Shown piece by piece: positions 47,208 to 58,994 of a DNA stretch of 64,000 bases. Source of the DNA: Kondoa subrosea. Taxonomy: Eukaryota. The position numbers and the translations under genes are program-made. How positions within the stretch are numbered: position 1 is the stretch's first letter; each line of letters starts with the position of its first letter. The notes under the pieces were generated by a model, which searched no databases, was not told the origin of the DNA, and saw nothing but the letters and a program-made list of their open reading frames with translations. The stretch lies in contig BCIN01000001.1 in the NCBI GenBank assembly GCA_039545335.1, positions 860,208-924,207 on the forward strand, read 5' to 3'.

Positions 47208-48843
47208 TTACGTTCTTGATTTAGAGTTCTCTCCCGATGCAGATGCAGGTTTGCTACCACTTGCAGACATCTTGATATATTCTTGCATTGGATCTTTGGA
47301 CCCTTCCTTCTTGACAGCAGAATATACATCGCCTAATATCGTCAGAGCAGCAACACGTTTCATGATTGTTTCCTTTTCTTGTTTGGGATCATAGATGATC
47401 CGATCACAAACTTCGCGAATGACCATATCCACTTCAAGCTTGGCCGTCTGTTCGTACACACGTCCATTTGAGCTGATTAGACAGCTCCGATGACGTGCGA
47501 GCGAACCTTGAACAAAGCCTGTAAGCCTTTCGTAGCAGCTTTATCTTCCAATTCTTTCCTCTTCTCCTCGCTCAAGCCTTTCTCTTCAGCCATACTGAGT
47601 TCCTTGAAGATATCAGACAACTCATAAGCTGTTCTCATTGTCGATACCGTTTCCCTACATAATTGCGTCAGCCTTGGATATTGCGCATAAAAAGTGGCCC
47701 TCACGAAAAGATGTTTGCTGTCGATTTGACACCCATGAACCAGCCTGAGACGCCAAAGGGAGAACTATTCGAGGCAGTGTATTGTCGCGCTTTCGACGAA
47801 TATACAGCTCCGACTGCATGTAATAGATCGACACCAAAGCTTTCGTCCCTCAATTCGTCCGCTTCGATCTGGAAGACAGAGTAAGGCAACAATAGAGTGG
47901 GTAACAGAGACTACTCACTGCCCATATCGCTCTTACTGACCGCTGGACATCTGGATCATCTCCTCCATTTCGCGCTTGTTCTGTAAATATGCTGATCTTC
48001 TTCAAGAGGGTAGATCTGTCCGCGGAAGGATTAAGTATCAGCTCAGACTGAAGCGTTCACCTCTTCCACGAACATAAGCTTTTGAATCCTCTCCTCCTTG
48101 ATCTGAGCCCTCTCTAGATCCTCTTGCGCTTTCGCCGCTTTCTGCTCAGGTGTCAATTCTTTCTTTGCTTTATCTTTCGAAACAGTCGTCCCACTTGCGT
48201 CTCCTCCATTAGTTTGTTGATTCTCTTCTTCAGTATCGTCTTTCTGCATCGCTGATTTGAGTTCTTGACCTAGAGAGACTGTGCCTATTATATCTTGGAA
48301 CCGTTCTCCACCAAAGAGAGTGCTGAAGACTGCTTCCGGGTCGATATCTAGTTTGCAATCGTAAAGGGAAAGTACATATGTATCGATGTGATGAAACTTA
48401 CGGCCTTCATCTGATTGTGTTCCAGCTGGACCAAATTCATTATATCGTTTCCGTTCTTTCGGATCCGACAACACAGAATAAGCTATAGCAATGAGTTTGA
48501 ATTCATCATCCGCAGCTGGTGTCCTCAGATGCGCAGGTAATTTATCAGGATGTTTCTTCAAAGCCAATCTTCTGTAAGCACTCTTGATCTCTGCATCACT
48601 CGCTTCCACTTGAACTCCTAACACATCATAGTATTTCGTATCCAATGGTTTCGCATCCGTTCCTATCCTTCGGTTACTCTTTGCAGCTTTCGGTAAAGGA
48701 CCATCAAATAAAGCAGAACAGTAGGCGCATTCGATACTGTATGGCTCAGAAGTAGAGGGCTTGAGAAATTCAACTTGCTGTTTGCATTTCGTGCAAGAGA
48801 TTGTTGTGTAGGCTTCTTTCTTGCGAGATTTTATCACAGGCAT
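47208..48843 (-). CDS. DnaJ-domain protein with DnaJ-X domain (Djp1/Caj1-like)
   Basis: J domain YYDVLGV..IKSAYRRLALKKHPDK, FGGERFQDIIG, ELRDESFGVDLLHAVG, KLEVDMVIREVCDRII. Confidence 0.88.
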
Positions 48844-49289
48844 CTCTAGCTAAGGTATAGATTGTTTCAGGTATCTATCTGTCTGCTCTCGCTCGTTTGC
48901 GGAATAAGCTTGAATCGAAATGTTGGAGAGCAACAATCTCTTGTGTGGAGATACAAGCTTTCTAAGCCTGCTGTTGCTTCACTCCTCTGGTTCATTTTCC
49001 GTTTGAGGTTATCAAGCTACAGAACCAGAACAACCCTCCTTCCTTCTGGTATTTCCAGTGACTCATCCGGCAAGCTCTGTTCTTCTTCTAGCTGTCTCCC
49101 TCTGTCAATGCATTCTGCTGTATCTTTGTATAGAAGTCAATGATCGTTTGCTTGTCAATACTTTCCCTTTGTTCTTGGAGGTCATTAGTTGCTCAGTTCT
49201 CGTATTCTTCTCTTCTCTTAATACCTCAGACATCTTGTCATCGCTGTTTCTTCTTTCGCTCGCTCATAGGCGTCCACTCAATTGAAAGC

Positions 49290-50855
49290 ATGAATAAAGA
49301 TGTTGTTATGCAAGAGGCAGCGTAAGCTTTCGCCGTTTATGCGTTCGTCATAACCAAAACTGATACCATCCCATATGTCACAGTCTCCAGGAAGAAGGAC
49401 ATATATTGGACCAGATAAGTGAGGGCTTGAGGTTTATCCACACGACTATGGAGCGTGCAATGACTCCTGGCAACAATGTTCGGAGCAATATGAATTCACA
49501 GCAGGTAGTACCCATCTCTATCACCCTTGAAAACGGAGCTGATACGTCGTCTCAGACGGAGAAGGCTGAGGGCTACCTGTCTGCCGCAATTCAGCACTTG
49601 GAAACCTTGGTCACAGAGCACCATAACGACGATCTGAGCAATTACTTGAAAGAGATGCATGCAGCGAATATGCAAGTAAGAAGCAGTCCTTTACCGGTTT
49701 TAGCTTTCGATCCTGCTAAGTCCTTGTTGACAGCTGCAAAGCTTTCAGGTTTACAATTCTCCAAACCCCAAGCTCCCTCAGGTAGATGCAACAGTACAAG
49801 TGGTCAGGCTTGATTCCTCGTACCTCTGCATCACTAACGAGCACTTCTACCGAAGATGTGGCAGCAGACGTCATTTATCACAGGAGTCATTGCGACCCAT
49901 CTTGACGTGAGCACGCTTTCACGCCTGAAGTAGTCCAAGTCTGAACGCAGAAGCATAGGCAATGAGATTACATCAAGTACAAGACGAAATTGTCGCTTTC
50001 GGAGGGCAAACTTTCACAATTGTCGATGTTACCGGAAGAATTGCACATGAGCTGCAAATACTTTTCGACGCTGACCAACACTTGCGCGGAACTTTTGCGG
50101 GACACTATAGCCTGCCAGACAATATAGCTATCGGTGCCGATAACTGTCGAGGACTCCTCACTGGATACCTTGCGGTGTCGAGATTAGTTCTGCCCATATG
50201 TAAAGACGTGAGTCTATGTCTTTTATTGATGTATACCGCTTGTCACAGATTCACGGGTTTTGCAGATTTCGGCCACTAGATGCACCTTACACCGCGTACG
50301 GGATCACCTGCACAAGCTGCGCGAGGGAACCCTTGCTGAAAATGCGGCATCAGTGAAAGCAGCAGAGTCCGAAGTAAGTTCGGTCGAGAATGTTAGATCC
50401 TCCTGATTTGGAAATTTTGCAGCTTGAATCAGCCTATCATTCGGTAAGCTCTGGTCACTGGATTGACGCTCTTGATGCTCACGAGAATTCCCACTCTAGG
50501 CATCTGCGGCTCTGGATATGACTGAACTTGTATGTCTACTGTTGAGAAGTTTTTCAAGATCAAGGCTGATGTGTCTACTGCCTAGTGGATGGCGCATTCT
50601 ACTCCCGAAGACTTGTTAAGCAGGAAACACTGTTTGGATATAGCTCTGAAGACACTGAAGCACGTATGTACCAAATTTCTCCCCCTTGCCCGAACATACT
50701 CAAAACTACCACGCAGACTGTAGCCTCGATTTACCAATGTCACGCACTACTACATGATCGTCTCAACGGTCAGCTCATTGACTGACTTCTTTGCTCTCAG
50801 TCGAGCTGAAGATATCGTCTAGCCTGTCACAGATCTGCACGCCTTCAGCAACTGA
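49290..50855 (+). CDS. Hypothetical multi-exon protein, no recognised family
   Basis: About 10 canonical introns join MNKDVVMQEAA|..LDQISEGLRFIH..|MWQQTSFITGVIATHLD|AMRLHQVQDEIVAF..|..LREGTLAENAASVKAAESE|LESAYHS|ASAALDMTEL|WMAHSTPED into one frame. One donor and the 3' end are ambiguous. Confidence 0.55.
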
Positions 50856-51141
50856 CCACAACGGTTCCCATATCCAACGTCACGCCTCGGTCCGTCTTCG
50901 ATACACAGGATTTAAATGTGATGAAGCGTGAATCTGCGGCTGATTTCAGTCAGGGGCCGTCAGGTCCAAGGAAAAGAGAGAGATGAGTTCAGGTGCCGCT
51001 TAGGCTGTTTCAATACAAGTTTCCAAACATATGTGATAAGGCTACGAGCCATTCGCAACCGAATCCTCCTTACTCTATTGCGGTACGATGTGCATGCAAT
51101 AGCAATTCGTGAATTCCGACAACTTAATCTCGTCACGAACC

Positions 51142-51844
51142 ATGTCAACTGTTATCGCGAACTGTAAGCTGCCATACTTACTGGTCGCACGCAGTGCTAA
51201 GCACCACAAAAGCAGAAGCAGCCCTTGCTGCTGCGCTCTCACCAAATGGAGACTCGAATGCTCAAAGTAATGTTTTCAATGACTTTCATTCTTTGTTGGC
51301 TGAATCTTGTTGTGCAGAGCTCGCTGAGAAGATCGTCGAAGCTTTAGTAGCCAAGCACGAAGGCGAAACAGACTCTGCATTCACAAATGAGGCAAGATCT
51401 TTATTACTTACGCTCAAGAAGGACAATCCTGAATTAAGAGACGCGGGTGAGCAGCGGTCCAATACGTTCCCTCAGCTTCGTACTGATGCGCGCGTTGCCT
51501 CCTCTACAGTCTTGTCTGGTTCGATCAGTCCTGAGAAACTGGTCCAAATGAGCACAGAAGAGTTGGCCAATCCTTCTTTACAGCAAGAGCGAAAGAAGCT
51601 ACAGGAGCAGAACCTACAGGGCCAGTCTCCCGAACTGTCTATCCGTTCTGAGCTCATCGTAGTACAGGCGCGATCGGTATTGATACAATGCAAGGTTTAC
51701 CTGATCAAGAGAGCGAAATTATGGATAACGAAGGCGGTCTCACAAGTACGTTATCCATTCGGTAGTAGACCTCTACTGATTGTCGTTGTAGCCCAGCGCG
51801 AAGTTAAGATAGCTGGTCAAGAGGGAATTGACTTTCATCCTTGA
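51142..51844 (+). CDS. Stand-alone TFIIS central-domain (TFIIS_M) protein
   Basis: LAEKIVEAL..NEARSLLLTLKKDNPELRDA|VLSGSISPEKLVQMSTEELANPSLQQERKKL is the TFIIS domain II signature. No zinc ribbon or RSADE motif. Confidence 0.8.
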
Positions 51845-52061
51845 GCTTGCCTTCAAATCTTCCAACAGAGCACAAGAAAGACGAGAACTGCTTGCTGGTC
51901 AAGTAGTCTTCGACAATGTATAATACCACTGTCTTGGCTTGTGACTTCGTTATAACTTCCCCTCGCACCGCTTGTTCTAGACCACGACCTGTAACGAACG
52001 ACGTATACCTCAAGGATTGGATGATAGGCTGCTAGAGAACTGCTATACCCCGTAGCAGAGA

Positions 52062-53752
52062 ATGACAGATGCTAGCTCTAGCAAGCCAATATCACGAGCA
52101 TCCAAATTCACGTATACGAAACCAACAGAGGAGCGACCCTTCTCGCGTTCAGCAGCTAAAAGGTCTTCTGTACTCGCTTTAGGCAAGATCGATCACTTGC
52201 AGCATTACTTTGCTAGAGAAGCTCGACGAGTGCACAAAGAGTCCAAAGGACCAACAGCGATCTTACCTGTTTATGCTGGAGAGCAGACTATCGAACTGCG
52301 CGAGGAAGATGAGGATGAAGAGGATCAATCCATGCCACCTACGCCTCAGGCTGCACCGAAGAGAGAAGAGCCTGCTTGGAGTACTACAGAACCGGAAGAT
52401 CGTATGAGTTGGAAAGATATGAGGGCAAATGTATGGCAGGAGATAGACGCTGTGTGTCAGAAGTGAGTCATTCAAATGTAAGTAGGTACAGGTGTCTGAT
52501 CTGTCAAATAGATGGAATGTTGTGGATCACTTAAAGAAGACGAACCCTTCTTCCTCAGCAGCTACATCGCCTGAAACGAGCGCTTCTCGATCACAAGAAT
52601 CACCTACTCCTTACTCTTTACCTCCAGCAGAACCTTCTTCCCTTCTTCTGCTTGACTTGATCCATTTGACTACAGGCGCCATTCGCTCGGTTCAGCGTTT
52701 TGTTATCTCACTACCTTCTGAACAACTCTCTTCGCGTGTCTCTTCGCTTTCAGTCAACGATAGTCCTCTCACAACGAGACATCAATCTCATATTGGCTTG
52801 TCTACCGCATCTAGACCTAGAACTTCTTTACCTTCTTCTTCCAATCTACCTGCAAGTAAACCATCACGACCATCCACTTCTGATCCTTCAAGTGAATTAA
52901 GGAAAGCTTGTCTTGATGTACTGGGTACATTAAGGGAAATGGATCTGAAATATCGTTTGACTTCGCCCGATCCGAATAGTTCTCTCGATGGAGGAGGAGG
53001 AGGAGGGGAAGAAGGATATTTGTACAAAGAAGTCACTCTGGCCGAACTGGGTAAAGAGAAAGAAGCGGTACAGAAGTGGATTCAGGTCGTTGATCGGAAT
53101 TTGTTTGCTACGATTGTTCAGAGTGGATTGTCGGATGAAAGTACAAGTAGAAGGAATGGAAGTTCTTCAACTGGAAGTGAGGGATTGCCAACTTGGGCGA
53201 GAACGGAAGATTTCTCTGATCCAATGCGTAAGTCGTTGCTTTTTTTACTCGTGTTGAAACGAGAACTGAATAAAATCAACAGAACAAGCACACGCATTGA
53301 TACGAGATCATCTACCGCATGAACTACTTTTTCATCTCGAAATACCATCAAAGGAAGGCTCAAAAGATCTTTTCCTTGAATCACTATCAAACGGTCAACT
53401 CCTTTGTCTAGCGTTCAATTCCGCCGTAAGATCATCTACTAGACCGTGGGGCTACATACCATCAGAAGCGATTCATAACCTTTTCTCCATCGATACCAAA
53501 GATTCAAGAAGACAAATATCGGAGATCAGTGATGCTGGAAACGCTCGAGTTGGATTGACTTTCCGAAGATTGGAGAACCTCAGAGTATTCATTGCGGCTA
53601 TTCGATTGAGGTATTCAATCAGTCTGGCAAAAGAGTTTGACGTCAAAGTGATAGCGAGGAAAGATAATGGCTGGGAAGATATGTTAAGCGCTGCCGTGGA
53701 TAAATGGATGAAAGCCGTAGTTGCTGAAAAGAGGGAAGAAGTAATCTTGTAA
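52062..53752 (+). CDS. Conserved fungal hypothetical protein with a C-terminal calponin-homology-like segment
   Basis: FSRSAAKRSSVLALGKIDHLQHYFAR at the N-terminus. C-terminal LFLESLSNGQLLCLAFNSAVRSSTRPWGYI..TFRRLENLRVFIAAIRLRY. Two introns. Confidence 0.7.
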
Positions 53753-53922
53753 AAGACAAACACACAACATTGTTGGCATAAAACGTAGCATTAAAGCATT
53801 TCCTTCTAGTTGATCCCATTGAGCATCGAGCTACAGAAACGGTACTCGATCTACTGTACATTCCCTTGTAATTTTACATCCTCTTGATAGACCCAAAATA
53901 TGTTTCCTCTTCCTCCAGCACA

Positions 53923-54919
53923 TCATGTAATAACTCTTGCGTAACTCTTGCGTCCCTGAGGTCCATGAGGTTGACCAACACCTAATCCACTCTGTTGAGC
54001 CTTCCGTTGATGCCTTCCGCCTCGACCAGCGATGCGATAAGAAGAAGGAGCGATAATGGATCGATGTCTTCGAGGAGATCGAACAGCTGGTGGTGGTCTA
54101 TTTACATTGGCTGAAGTGGTATCCTCTGCTGAGTATTGAGGTAATGTAGGACCATAGTAAGACCCAGGAGGTAGCAACAACTAAAAGGATAAAGATCAGC
54201 TTCGGATATTCGCAAAAGCAAGACGATTCTATTGACCTCTTTGGACAACCTCTTGCTCTTCTCACTGTGCCTCGATATATCTGGTGAAGCACTAATTCGA
54301 AGTTCTGGTACTACCGGTTGATTATATGTAGGAAATTGAGCTGATCCGGTCCGAGAGTGAGTTTGCTTTTCGTCGGCCAACGGTCTTTCTGAGTTTGCGA
54401 AGCGAGGTAGATGTGCGATCTTTTGTAACACCCAGATTATAGCCAACGAAAGGAGGAAAGCTGTACTCGTGAATCAACCTCTGTCTAAATGCAAAAAATC
54501 GAATGTTACGGACCTGAAACACATGTGACTGCAATAGTAGCTGGAAACCACCTATTATGTGGATTAAAGAGGTATTGCAGTTGTTGCATTACTGTTGCAG
54601 GTGAAGAACGAGTGACCGCTTCCGCTGCCCTTTCGATCACTTGACGTTTTGCTTTCTTTTTGACTTCCTTAACAGCTACTGGAAAGACCCGCTTGGCAAG
54701 TTGACGAGCAGATTGAGCAGTATCGGGTGATGCAGCAGCTCGGGCTATCAGTTCGGCAGTCGCAGCTGGGAAAGTGAAGGTGTTCTTAATATTGGCGATC
54801 GGAACAACCTTGGATATAGGTGGCATGAATTTAGGTGTCGGTGCAGCCGATACAGTAGATGCAAAATGAGCTGAACCAGCCAGCAAGGTAAAAAGGAATG
54901 ATGAAGTGGTAGTGTACAT
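53923..54919 (-). CDS. Putative type I membrane protein (signal peptide, single TM, cytoplasmic tail), 3 exons
   Basis: Signal peptide MYTTTSSFLFTLLAGSAHFASTVSA. Splicing gives TM TIAVTCVS|AFLLSLAIIWVL, then a tail ..KSKRLSKE|LLLPPGSYYGPTLPQY..KSYARVIT*. Confidence 0.6.
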
Positions 54920-55534
54920 GTTTGAATCAGAACTTGGGTATGTCGAGTGAAGTGAATGAGGGAAGGACAAAGGGAGCCAGCTCCTATGCAAGGTATACAC
55001 CAGGGCAGCAAGCCACAGAGAAAGGCTTGAGAGATATGAGTTCCAGGATAAGGGCGACTTGCCATCTTTGACAGCCAGCGGCAATGTTCCTCGATTCGGA
55101 GTGGCTTGATTACCTAATATGCATCGTACGCGTCTGGTAATAGGACCGAAATAGCTGCCTGAAGTATTGCATCTCTAGGAGCAACACTTGATTCGAATCG
55201 AAGGCTTCACAAGAATCAACTTTTCAGTGGCCCGTTTGGCGTTTCCAAAGAGCTAACTGTTATAGGACCCAAGATCCTCGCAAAGCATATAACAGGGGTA
55301 GCGAAGGAGCGCAAAGGATTCGCTACACAAAGCTGGTTCGTGCTCAAGCTTTCGCGCATCAATCTTCGTTATCTTATGGATCGCGGCAGCCTACGAAGCG
55401 CACTACTTTCACCCTCATACTTACCTCCTCCTATCCCTTGTCTCTTCTTTCGCTTTCCACTGCTTTTCTAAAGAGTCTCGGATCTTCATCTGCGTGTTCT
55501 TGTCACCTTAATCCTTGATCTTCCACTCGCTACG

Positions 55535-57066
55535 ATGAAGCTGCCTGCTGAAGTACTGGTAAAATGCGTGGAGTAATGCTCGACGAAAAGTCAGCTGAAG
55601 AACTTTGGCGCAACAAGCAAGCTACTGAGTAACTTATTCTGAGACGTCTCCAAAGACATTCGCTAATGCCTGGACAAGATCAGACAGCCAAAAAAATCAT
55701 GTCCTCTAGTCTTTTCAAGGAGCACGTTTCTTCCCCGGCATTGCTGGAAGCACTCAAGTCAAATCTCAGCCTAGGCAAGCTAGTCCTTGATGTCGCCGTT
55801 GACATGCGGCTGGAACCCATCAGAATCTCCGACGAGGATGACGAGGATGCAGCAAGAGAGATTGGAACTAATTTAGCTAGTGTACGAGCTTCTGAAAGTA
55901 GGTATTTGGCTCGGCTAGTCGTCGACTGTGCTGATCGCTCATCAGTGAACGCGGAGAAGAAATTACTTACTGGGCAGATCATCCTTCTCTGCTGCCCTAA
56001 TATTAAAACTTTGCATCTCTCTGTTGGCCTGAGCAAGCATGAAAAATCGGCTTTTCTCTACCAGCCCAATCTACCATGCTACCACGATCTTGCGGCTCTT
56101 TCGTGCATCAGTCAACTGACAACTTTTAGTATTGAAGAATCCTCCTTCACGGGACCCATCGCTTACAGAGATATCGATCGATTCTTGGATCTTTGTCCTC
56201 GGCTAGTCAATGTCGATCTCTCTGGTATCAGACTCAGCTGCTTCGATATTGGACGCGACAGGAGAAGCTGGAGAGATCAATTAATCTCTTTCAACTATAT
56301 TGAATGTGAAAGCCCATTGCCGGACGTCAATTTCGTCCCAAGGGACAATGAAAATCTTAGTTATTTGTTGGAGAAATCGGCATCAAGTCTTTGCGACCTT
56401 TCTTTGGCCCGACGCCCTTCCGAAAGGCAATGCCCCATCAGCTTGATGATTAACATTCGGACCTCCTTAGAAGGCTCAGCAGAACGGATCAAAGCCTCTT
56501 TTCCTCGATTGACTACATTGGATTTGGCTTTTGTGGATCTAGAAGTACTCACTGATGAAGATTGGTCTACGTTCTTCGACAGTTTGCCCGCACTAGAAGA
56601 ATTCAGGCTAATATCACTCGGCACCATTACTGCGGGTCAAGCAGAAGCATTCGTTCATGGATTGGCTAGTTCTGAAAGACATATTCGAAGGACCGGAATA
56701 CACTGCAAAGATCCTGACGCAAGTGCTGAAGGACACATTGCACCCAACATATTCTTACCTTTACAAGATCGAGATCGGTTTCCAAGCCTGGAATACTGCA
56801 CGATCTGCTACAAAGCAGCAGTACAGAAAGTCGCTGAAGAACTGGGCTTGGGACGAGAATACAATCGCGAAGAAGTCAGCGAAGACTTATTGCATGAATA
56901 CCAAAAATCGTCTTTGAACTTTGAAGAAGGTACAGCGAAAATCAACTTCTTAATCTATTTGGATGCAAAAATACCAATGTATCTTACGGCTATCAACGGA
57001 AAGCCCGATCGTTATTGTGCTGGGGATAATGATGTTACAATAGACAGGATGTTGTCCACTGGATAA
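55535..57066 (+). pseudogene. F-box/LRR(RNI)-like gene with an in-frame TAA inside the F-box (pseudogene, null allele or sequence error)
   Basis: MKLPAEVLVKCVE*CSTKSQLKNFGATSKLL (TAA at 55574-55576). An intron then joins in frame to the 466-aa ORF with LRR-like CPNIKTLHL, CPRLVNVDLS, FPRLTTLDL, LPALEEFRL. Confidence 0.6.
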
Positions 57067-57084
57067 GTATATATATATGCGCAA

Positions 57085-57467
57085 TCACTCTTTCTGCTCG
57101 GGTGACATTGCTCCCTGTTTTAGAAGTTCAGCTCAGTTCTCAAAAGCGATACAAGGCAGCCTACCGTCGTCAATTCTTCTGTGATTGCCTTTTCCAGTGC
57201 ATCAATTCGCGTCGAAAGGCTCTGTACTGCTCGCGAGATCAGCGCTGCGAGAGACATGAACAAGGCGCATACATCTTTCAGAGGCCTGCTCTGACAGAGT
57301 ATCCAGACTAGCTTCGAGCGTATCCAAAGAGGTCTCAACAAAAGCAAGCTGAAAAGAGAGATGAGACCAGACACGGTGCAGACATCTTGAAAGCTGACCA
57401 GCTCTTGAGGACTCGTAATCTGAGGATCCTGCAGCAGTGCAGCCTGTTTCCTTTGAGGAGTGCTCAT
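57085..57467 (-). CDS. HSBP1: Heat shock factor binding protein 1 family (small coiled coil), 4 exons
   Basis: MSTPQRKQAALLQDPQITSPQEL|LAFVETSLDTLEASLDTLSEQASER|LQSLSTRIDALEKAITEELTT|GAMSPEQKE*. Matches the HSBP1 pattern (..MSSRIDDLEKNI). Confidence 0.8.
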
Positions 57468-57589
57468 GATATTTGGACGGTCGCAGTCATAAACAAGAGT
57501 CGCGAAGGGCAAGATGGACAGGCAGACTGAGGAGCTTGTCGCAAGCCCAATACATTTCTGAACTCAGATCTCTCAGGTTATACACATTC

Positions 57590-58994
57590 TTAGTCATATC
57601 TTCTTCTCCTGCTATCTCTTTCCGAACCGCGATCATCATCGTCTCTTCTTCTTCGTTCGCCCCTGTCTCCGCCTCCATCTCGATCAGCAGAACTGCCATT
57701 GGTCGCACCTGCTCCAATAATTTGCATTTCTGCTGCTCGTTCTTGATCTTTAGCTGAAGGGAAGAGTTTCCGCTCAACGCGCTGCTGTGCTTCTAGCTCG
57801 GATCTGGCCCAGGCATCAGCGAGAAGGTCAAAGTTGGGCCTATGAAGTCCAACTCACAATAGAGCTGGTGAGGGTGCAGAACGATGAATGCTGAATACCA
57901 ATACAAAATGAGCACAAGATCCGTATTCTCAAGTAAGCAACTCACAAATTACAGAACCCTCCTCTGTTGCAAGAGCCTAATGAAAATAGTATTAGTTGCT
58001 GGAAAACCGCGATCCTACAGATCTTACCCATTTCGTGCTGCCGACAGCATCTGCGCAAGAAACTCAGTAGTTGCCCGTCTGATGCGGGAGATTAGCTTAC
58101 GCTGTGAGAAAAGAAGAACTATCAGCTATGTATATAAATGACAGCACTGTATGCTCACCTTCTCTAAAATCTGTGACTGGCGATAATTCTGCGAAAAGAG
58201 GTTTGCCTGTAAGATGAAGAGGTTCATATCAACTGGTGCTGAAGGAAAAGACCGTCTTCACTTGCCTGCGTACCACTTGTTGTTCAGATCTTCAACTGCA
58301 GCTTGAGCTTCATCTTCCCCTGTAAACAAGTATTAACGTTGATTGAAACGGCAATCCAATAACAGCTTACAATCATAACGAGCATATACGTTGCCAATCA
58401 GATGATCACCAACCTGCGAGGAAGTGGAACTGAGGTAAACGTCTAGACGTTAGCTGAATCCCAAACTCACATTATCGCACACATGCATTTCGAGCAAGTG
58501 ACCATACTTGACTAGCTGGCAATACACATCATCATAGAACTCATCAAAGTGCTTCTTCTTCTCCCTGTAAGCCACGGTGTCATAAGCAACTTCAGATTGC
58601 ACAATGAATGAGAATGGCCCACTCTGGTGTGATGCTTTCGTTCGCATGAGCAGGGTTAGTGTACATGTTGCAAATGACTAGAGTTTGTGAGTATTGCGGT
58701 TTGATGTGCTTGCGAGAACAGCGGTCCCCATGTCGGCATGCTCCAATTTTCAGATAGAAACTGTCCAAGTACGTTGAGGGCTTTGACGCGATTGTACAAC
58801 TGCGGAAGACAAACCTGCAATTGACTTTATCTTGCTCTGAACCATAGATGGCCTTGAAACAAGCAGATTCTGAGCAATTGACTTTCAACAGCCAGCAATG
58901 GCGAGCTTACAGCTAAATGGGAGGCTGTGACCCAAAGTAACAAAGCTATCAGATGTATTCTGAAGCTCTAGCTCTCAGGCTCACCTCCAGACAT
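57590..58994 (-). CDS. U2AF1: Splicing factor U2AF small subunit (U2AF35/U2AF23), about 14 short exons
   Basis: [87 protein letters not shown], and an R/D-rich tail. Confidence 0.95.

Noticed and set aside
55299..55326. Short inverted repeat gtagcgaa...ttcgctac
   Set aside because: An 8-bp stem is expected by chance in 64 kb. No tRNA or transposon-end context.
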